Assembly: GCA_018302105.1 (NCBI GenBank)
Contig: JAGWAD010000009.1
Location: 1-60,133, forward strand
DNA from: Candidatus Woesearchaeota archaeon
GTDB taxonomy: Archaea; Nanobdellota; Nanobdellia; SCGC-AAA011-G17; GW2011-AR18
DNA: 60,133 nucleotides
Direction: 5' to 3'
The notes beneath the pieces were generated by a model. That model had not been told where the DNA came from and ran no database searches. It saw only the letters and a list, made by a program, of their open reading frames with translations. Made by a program: the position numbers and the translations under genes. Below are positions 55,235 through 60,133 of this stretch, in pieces (position 1 is the stretch's first letter; each line of letters starts with the position of its first letter).

Positions 55235-56164
55235 ATGAATATTTTTAAATTAAAAGGCAAAGCAATTTTAAGTCCTATGGCTGGAGTTACAGATGCAGCT
55301 TTTCGTATTCTTGCAAAAAGATATGGTGCAGGTTTAGTATATACAGAATTAATAAGCAGTGCAGCTTTAGTAAGAGCTATTAATAAAACTAATTATTTAA
55401 TTCAAACAAGTGAAGAAGAAAAGCCTGTTGGAATACAATTATTTGGAAATAATGCTGAAGAAGTAGTTGAAGCAGCTAAAATTGTTCAGGATAAATTTGA
55501 TTTTATTGATATTAATTGTGGATGTCCTGCATGGAGTGTTATAAGAACAGGTTCTGGGAGTGAATTATTAAAAAATCCTGAAAAAATAAAAATATTTGTT
55601 GAAAATTTAGTTAAAAATGTTAATATTCCTATTACTGTAAAAATCAGAATCGGAATTAATGATAAAAATATTAATGCTGTTAAAGTTGCTAAATTAATTG
55701 AGGAAGCAGGAGCAAGTGCTATTGCTGTTCATGGAAGAACCAGAGAACAAGGTTATTCTGGAACTGCCAATTGGGATGTAATAAGTGAGGTAAAATCTAA
55801 TGTTGAAATTCCAGTTATTGGCAATGGTGATGTTTTTACTCCTGAGAAATTTAAAGAATGTCTGGATAAAAGCAAAGTAGATGGGATAATGATTGCAAGA
55901 GGTGCTATTGGGAATCCTTACATATTTAAACAAATTAGTGATTTTATCAGTACTGGAAAATATAGTAAACTTGATAATAAAAAAATATTTTTTGAATATC
56001 TTGACTTAGCTAAGAAATTTGATATTAATTTTAATCTTATTAAAGGACATGCTATTTCATTTACTAAGGGAATAGAAAAAAGTACTGAATTAAGAAATGA
56101 ATTAGGCAAAACAAAAGATATTGATGAAATTATAAAAATTTATGACAATATAGTCAACAGGTAA
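55235..56164 (+). CDS. dus: tRNA-dihydrouridine synthase (DusB-like)
   Basis: LSPMAGVTD, DINCGCP, VHGRT, GNGD and MIARG. Confidence 0.94.
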   Translation: MNIFKLKGKAILSPMAGVTDAAFRILAKRYGAGLVYTELISSAALVRAINKTNYLIQTSEEEKPVGIQLFGNNAEEVVEAAKIVQDKFDFIDINCGCPAWSVIRTGSGSELLKNPEKIKIFVENLVKNVNIPITVKIRIGINDKNINAVKVAKLIEEAGASAIAVHGRTREQGYSGTANWDVISEVKSNVEIPVIGNGDVFTPEKFKECLDKSKVDGIMIARGAIGNPYIFKQISDFISTGKYSKLDNKKIFFEYLDLAKKFDINFNLIKGHAISFTKGIEKSTELRNELGKTKDIDEIIKIYDNIVNR

Positions 56165-56194
56165 TTTTTTATACTTATATAAACTTTCAATTAT

Positions 56195-56518
56195 ATGTTA
56201 CCAGGCTTAAATCCAAAACAAGTTGAACAAGCAATGAAAAAACTTGGAATTAAACAAGAAAACATTGATGCTTATGAAGTTGTAATAAAAACTGACGGAA
56301 AGAATCTGGTAATAAGAAATCCAAATGTCACTTTAATTAAAATGCCTGGAAATGAGAGTATACAGATTACTGGAGATATAGAAGAGGAATCAGTTATAAG
56401 TGAAGATGATGTTAATACTGTTGCAGAGCAGGCCAAGGTATCGAAAGACGAGGCTAGAAATGCGCTAGAACGGAATAATGGTGATTTGGCTGCTGCTATA
56501 ATGGAGTTAAATAAATAA
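56195..56518 (+). CDS. nac: Nascent polypeptide-associated complex protein
   Basis: AMKKLGI, EVVI and UBA-like EARNALE..GDLAAAIM. Confidence 0.95.
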   Translation: MLPGLNPKQVEQAMKKLGIKQENIDAYEVVIKTDGKNLVIRNPNVTLIKMPGNESIQITGDIEEESVISEDDVNTVAEQAKVSKDEARNALERNNGDLAAAIMELNK

Positions 56519-56519
56519 G

Positions 56520-56942
56520 TTGAAAATCTATAATTATTTAGATAAAGCAAATGAATGTTTTAAAGTTGCAGTTAATCTCTACTCTTTTAATTACCTTAAT
56601 GATAAAAAGATTTTATTTGCTATTATAAGAAATTTGTATGATTCAGGCTTAAGTTCTATTTCATTATTTTATGAAAAAATATATAAAGAAAAAGATATAT
56701 CCATTTATGAAGGAAATTTGGATTTTATGGAATATATTGATAAAAATATAGTTATTGTAAATAAATTAAAGTCAATTTTAGAAAAGCATAGAGTTAGTAC
56801 TGTTGAATTTTTTAGGAATGATAATTTAGTAATATGCAGTGAAAATTATAGTGATTTAGAATTAATTGACAATAAGAAATTAATGCAATATTTTAAATCT
56901 GTTAAACTGTTACTGGAGGCTGCAAATGTACGAGGAATATGA
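56520..56942 (+). CDS. Hypothetical helical protein
   Basis: TTG start right after nac; VEFFRND resembles EEFRKN of the next gene. Confidence 0.6.
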   Translation: MKIYNYLDKANECFKVAVNLYSFNYLNDKKILFAIIRNLYDSGLSSISLFYEKIYKEKDISIYEGNLDFMEYIDKNIVIVNKLKSILEKHRVSTVEFFRNDNLVICSENYSDLELIDNKKLMQYFKSVKLLLEAANVRGI

Positions 56943-57369
56943 TGTTGTCCAGCCAGAAGAGGAATTGAAAAGGGCTGATCATTTAGTATATGTCTCTCTG
57001 AAATATACAAGGACATGTGATATTATGAAAAATGCAGTTAAAAGATTAATTACTGCTTTTGAATTAGCTATGACTGAATATTTGGAAGCTATGAAAAAGA
57101 AAAGGAAGATAAGTGAAGTTCCTGCTACTGTAAAAGAAAGGGCAATAATTGTAAAGGATTTAATTGGCAATCCAATAAATAAATATATGGCATTGTATAA
57201 TCTTTTGAAAAAAATTGATAAATCAGATTATTCAGCTTATGAAGAATTCAGGAAAAATGTCACTCTAGTTACAAAGGGAGACAAACCTATATCAATTAAA
57301 GTTGAAGATTTGTATAATTATTTAGAAACTACAAAAATGTTTGTTAAATTCATAAGAGAAAGAATGTGA
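56926..57369 (+). CDS. Hypothetical helical-bundle protein (HEPN-like topology possible)
   Basis: EEELKRADHLVYVSLKYTRT; overlaps the upstream gene. Confidence 0.7.
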   Translation: MYEEYDVVQPEEELKRADHLVYVSLKYTRTCDIMKNAVKRLITAFELAMTEYLEAMKKKRKISEVPATVKERAIIVKDLIGNPINKYMALYNLLKKIDKSDYSAYEEFRKNVTLVTKGDKPISIKVEDLYNYLETTKMFVKFIRERM

Positions 57370-57467
57370 AAGATTTTTGCATGAAACAATAGTTCCAATA
57401 CCAAAATTGTAAAAAAGATATTTTCAGCCACAGATAAACTTATAAATTTTAATAAAATGTTTTATTT

Positions 57468-57935
57468 ATGTATACTAATAGTGAAATTCAAGCAGCATTT
57501 GATATATATTGTAAAAGGACTGATGCTGTTAGAGATATTCTTAAACTTGCCCCATTAAATGCTAATGATATAAATAAAATAGTTCACTCTGGAGAAAGAT
57601 TCATGGTTATAGAACATATTTGCCAAATGGGAATGGCAGGTATTTATGAAGATGAGATCAGGATATGTACTGAATTATTATTGCAGCAAAATCCAGAAAA
57701 ACCAATAAATTCAGATTTTACAGAAGAATTTGCAAGTATGCCATTGGAAGTAGAAAGAAAACCTTTTTTCATGGTTGCTTATTCAGAAAGAATTTTTGAT
57801 TATGTTATTGGTCATACAAAATTAGAAAGGCAGTTACCAAAAGCAAGGATGTTATCAACTGATAAAGGAACTTTGTTTTATTTAGCGCGAGAGGAAGACA
57901 TTAACAGAGCTTTTCATTCAATTGATATTTTTTAG
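57468..57935 (+). CDS. Hypothetical protein
   Basis: 155-aa ORF with upstream TTATAAA. Confidence 0.65.
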   Translation: MYTNSEIQAAFDIYCKRTDAVRDILKLAPLNANDINKIVHSGERFMVIEHICQMGMAGIYEDEIRICTELLLQQNPEKPINSDFTEEFASMPLEVERKPFFMVAYSERIFDYVIGHTKLERQLPKARMLSTDKGTLFYLAREEDINRAFHSIDIF

Positions 57936-58187
57936 ATTGATATCTTCTCACTGTCTAAAGGATTGAGTGTATTCTTGCAAACTATCAAAAATTTAAAACT
58001 GATTTAAAGTAATTATAATTCTTAAGAATAAAGATTTTAGAAACATTGCCTATATTAAATCCAGATAAGTCTGGCAATTGTATAAGATTAAGGTAATAAA
58101 ATTATTAAAAGCTTGTCTAAATACTATTGTTAGTGTTAAGTGCACGAGTTAGAAAGTTTTATTAATAAATTAATGATTGGTAAAGAT

Positions 58188-58976
58188 ATGTCTAAGACAA
58201 GATTTATTGGTTGTGTTGCTGCAAAAGGCGGTGTAGGAAAAACAACAAGTGCTATAAATCTTGCAGCTGCATTAAGTTATTTAGGAAAAAGTGCAATTTT
58301 AGTTGATGCAAATTTAACAACACCTAATATTGGTTTGTATTTAGGATTGCCTATTCCTCCTGTTACTTTACATGATGTTTTAAGCAATAAGAATGATGTT
58401 AGTGAAGCAGTTTATACTTATAGGGATGGAATGAAAATTTTACCTGCCAGTATTGCTTTGAAAGATGCAAAAAAAGTTGATGCAAATAAAATTAAAAGTG
58501 TTGTTTCTGAATTATATGGAAATTCTGATTTTGTAATTGTTGATTCTCCTGCTGGACTTACTAGAGAAACATTATGTGCTATAAAATCTGTTGAAGAAGT
58601 TTTAATAATTACAAATCCTGAAATGCCTGCTGTTACTGATGCTTTAAAAACTGTGAAAGTCTGCAAAGAACTTGGTAAAAAAGTTTTAGGCGTTGTTGTA
58701 AATAAAACTAATTCTAAAAATGCTGATATGCCTATGAAAGACATTGAAGCTATATTAGAAATACCTATTATTGGAATAGTTCCTGAAGACAGAGCTGTTA
58801 AATTTTCTCAGGTCAGAAAAGAAACTGTTGTTCATACTTATCCTAAAAGTGCATCTGCTGTGCAATACAAAAGATTAGCTGCTGATTTATCTGGTGTACA
58901 TTATAGTGAAAGAGCAGAATTAGAAGAGAAAGGTTTTGTTTATTCTGTTTTGAGATTTTTAGGTTTTAAAGATTAA
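58188..58976 (+). CDS. minD: MinD-family ATPase
   Basis: KGGVGKTT, VDANL, DSPAG, TNPE..AVTDA and a C-terminal amphipathic helix; ATG 58188 preferred. Confidence 0.9.
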   Translation: MSKTRFIGCVAAKGGVGKTTSAINLAAALSYLGKSAILVDANLTTPNIGLYLGLPIPPVTLHDVLSNKNDVSEAVYTYRDGMKILPASIALKDAKKVDANKIKSVVSELYGNSDFVIVDSPAGLTRETLCAIKSVEEVLIITNPEMPAVTDALKTVKVCKELGKKVLGVVVNKTNSKNADMPMKDIEAILEIPIIGIVPEDRAVKFSQVRKETVVHTYPKSASAVQYKRLAADLSGVHYSERAELEEKGFVYSVLRFLGFKD

Positions 58977-59059
58977 GATTATTGTAATAAACAATTATTT
59001 TTTGAACTTTATAATTTAGAAAGTTCTGAATTAATAACCTAAGTTTTTTAATAATCTCC

Positions 59060-59473
59060 TTAAAGTTTTATATGTTTTTTTAATTTTTTTATTATATCAG
59101 GTATTTCCTTTATTGCCTTTTCTGCTGTTTCTTTTGCTATCCCTCTTCCATAATAATTTATTCCATTTCTGAGTTGTCTATATCTATCAAATTTCATTGA
59201 TATTTCTTTTTCATCCAACATATCATTTAAGAAGTAGGTTATTACTTCGTGTGATTCAAATTTATATCCCTTTAGATAACCTATTGCTTCGCAATATTGC
59301 CTTAATGATTCGTATAGTTCTCTTAAGATGCTGTTGTAGTTTCTTTCTATCATTTGTAATTCTTTTGCCGATAATAATGCATTGTCTGCTGTTTTTATTA
59401 AACTTTTTGCCCTTATATTATCTATTAGTACTTTTTTTGCATATCCTTCCTGTATACTTTTGTTAAATTGCAT
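59060..59473 (-). CDS. HEPN-domain putative toxin
   Basis: LYESLR, SHE and RQLRNGINY; TAATG-coupled to the MNT gene. Confidence 0.8.
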   Translation of the reverse strand: MQFNKSIQEGYAKKVLIDNIRAKSLIKTADNALLSAKELQMIERNYNSILRELYESLRQYCEAIGYLKGYKFESHEVITYFLNDMLDEKEISMKFDRYRQLRNGINYYGRGIAKETAEKAIKEIPDIIKKLKKHIKL

Positions 59474-60006
59474 TATATTACCTCAAGTTTTCCTGATAGT
59501 GTTATTCCATTGCAGATGTTATTTACTAATTCTGGATTTTTTATTTTCATGTTCTGGAATTCTTTTTCTGTTACCTTATGTATACTTATTTTTCTTTTTG
59601 TTATTTTTTCATATTTTTCTGTATTAAATTCTTTTTCTATGTTTGTTATTATAAATATGTCAATATCACTATTCTTTGTGTTTGTTGCTGTTGAATAACT
59701 TCCGAATAAAATTACTGTAGGATAATCATATGCTGTTTCTAAGTCTTCTATTAACTTTGATTCTCTTATTTTTTCTAAATTGTGGAAGAGTTTTAGATTT
59801 GTAAATCTTTTGTTTGTTGTGTTTCCTGAATATGCACTGTATAGTTTTGTTTCTCTTTTTTTTAATAAATTTTCTTTTAATAACTTATTTAGATATTTTC
59901 TTGCTGTCATGTGATTTAATTTTATTCTTCTTGCTATTTCTCTTATGTGGTATTCTCTTACAGGATCTTCAAAAAAATTTTCTAAAATGGCTAATTCTTT
60001 ATCCAT
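59473..60006 (-). CDS. wHTH-MNT nucleotidyltransferase (putative antitoxin)
   Basis: HIREIARR wHTH; LFGS-x10-DID. Confidence 0.88.
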   Translation of the reverse strand: MDKELAILENFFEDPVREYHIREIARRIKLNHMTARKYLNKLLKENLLKKRETKLYSAYSGNTTNKRFTNLKLFHNLEKIRESKLIEDLETAYDYPTVILFGSYSTATNTKNSDIDIFIITNIEKEFNTEKYEKITKRKISIHKVTEKEFQNMKIKNPELVNNICNGITLSGKLEVI

Positions 60007-60008
60007 AT

Positions 60009-60024
60009 GTATAATTTATTATAC
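60009..60024. promoter_or_regulatory. Palindromic operator candidate for the MNT-HEPN operon
   Basis: GTATAAT-TT-ATTATAC between the TATA box and the start codon. Confidence 0.5.
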
Positions 60025-60133
60025 GGTTGTATATAAATTTTTCCATTTAGATTAGTATACAAAAATTGAAAGAAGCAATAAATAATAAACTTATATATTT
60101 CCTATGGAACTGCTATAAAATGTCATTATAAGC

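Noticed and set aside
1-60133. Alternative genetic code, prophage or provirus
   Set aside because: TAA, TAG and TGA all terminate conserved genes at expected positions; no capsid, terminase, integrase or replication module was recognised.

Overview
Chromosomal window from a very AT-rich archaeon, most consistent with DPANN (Woesearchaeota/Pacearchaeota-like). Archaeal markers include histone, L15e, L21e, RpoF, TFE, aIF2-gamma, fibrillarin/Nop5, thermosome, NAC and Sec61-beta, and most genes have a TATA box about 25 nt before the start codon. Housekeeping genes alternate with single orphan genes. Features missed by the ORF track: three intron-containing tRNAs (Arg-UCG; Glu-UUC and a rare Ile-UAU, each with two introns), an RNase P RNA gene, three small proteins and two dispersed repeat families. 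The most unusual items are: a complete-looking sigma-54-type enhancer-binding ATPase in an archaeon; a 573-aa LAGLIDADG intein in the aIF2-gamma P-loop; a stand-alone OspF/LanKC-type phosphothreonine-lyase-like protein; a bacterial-type LspA with lipobox proteins; a free-standing LAGLIDADG gene abutting a recoded rps11 3' end; and three uncharacterised paralogs next to rpl21e. All calls come from reading motifs by eye; no database searches were run.
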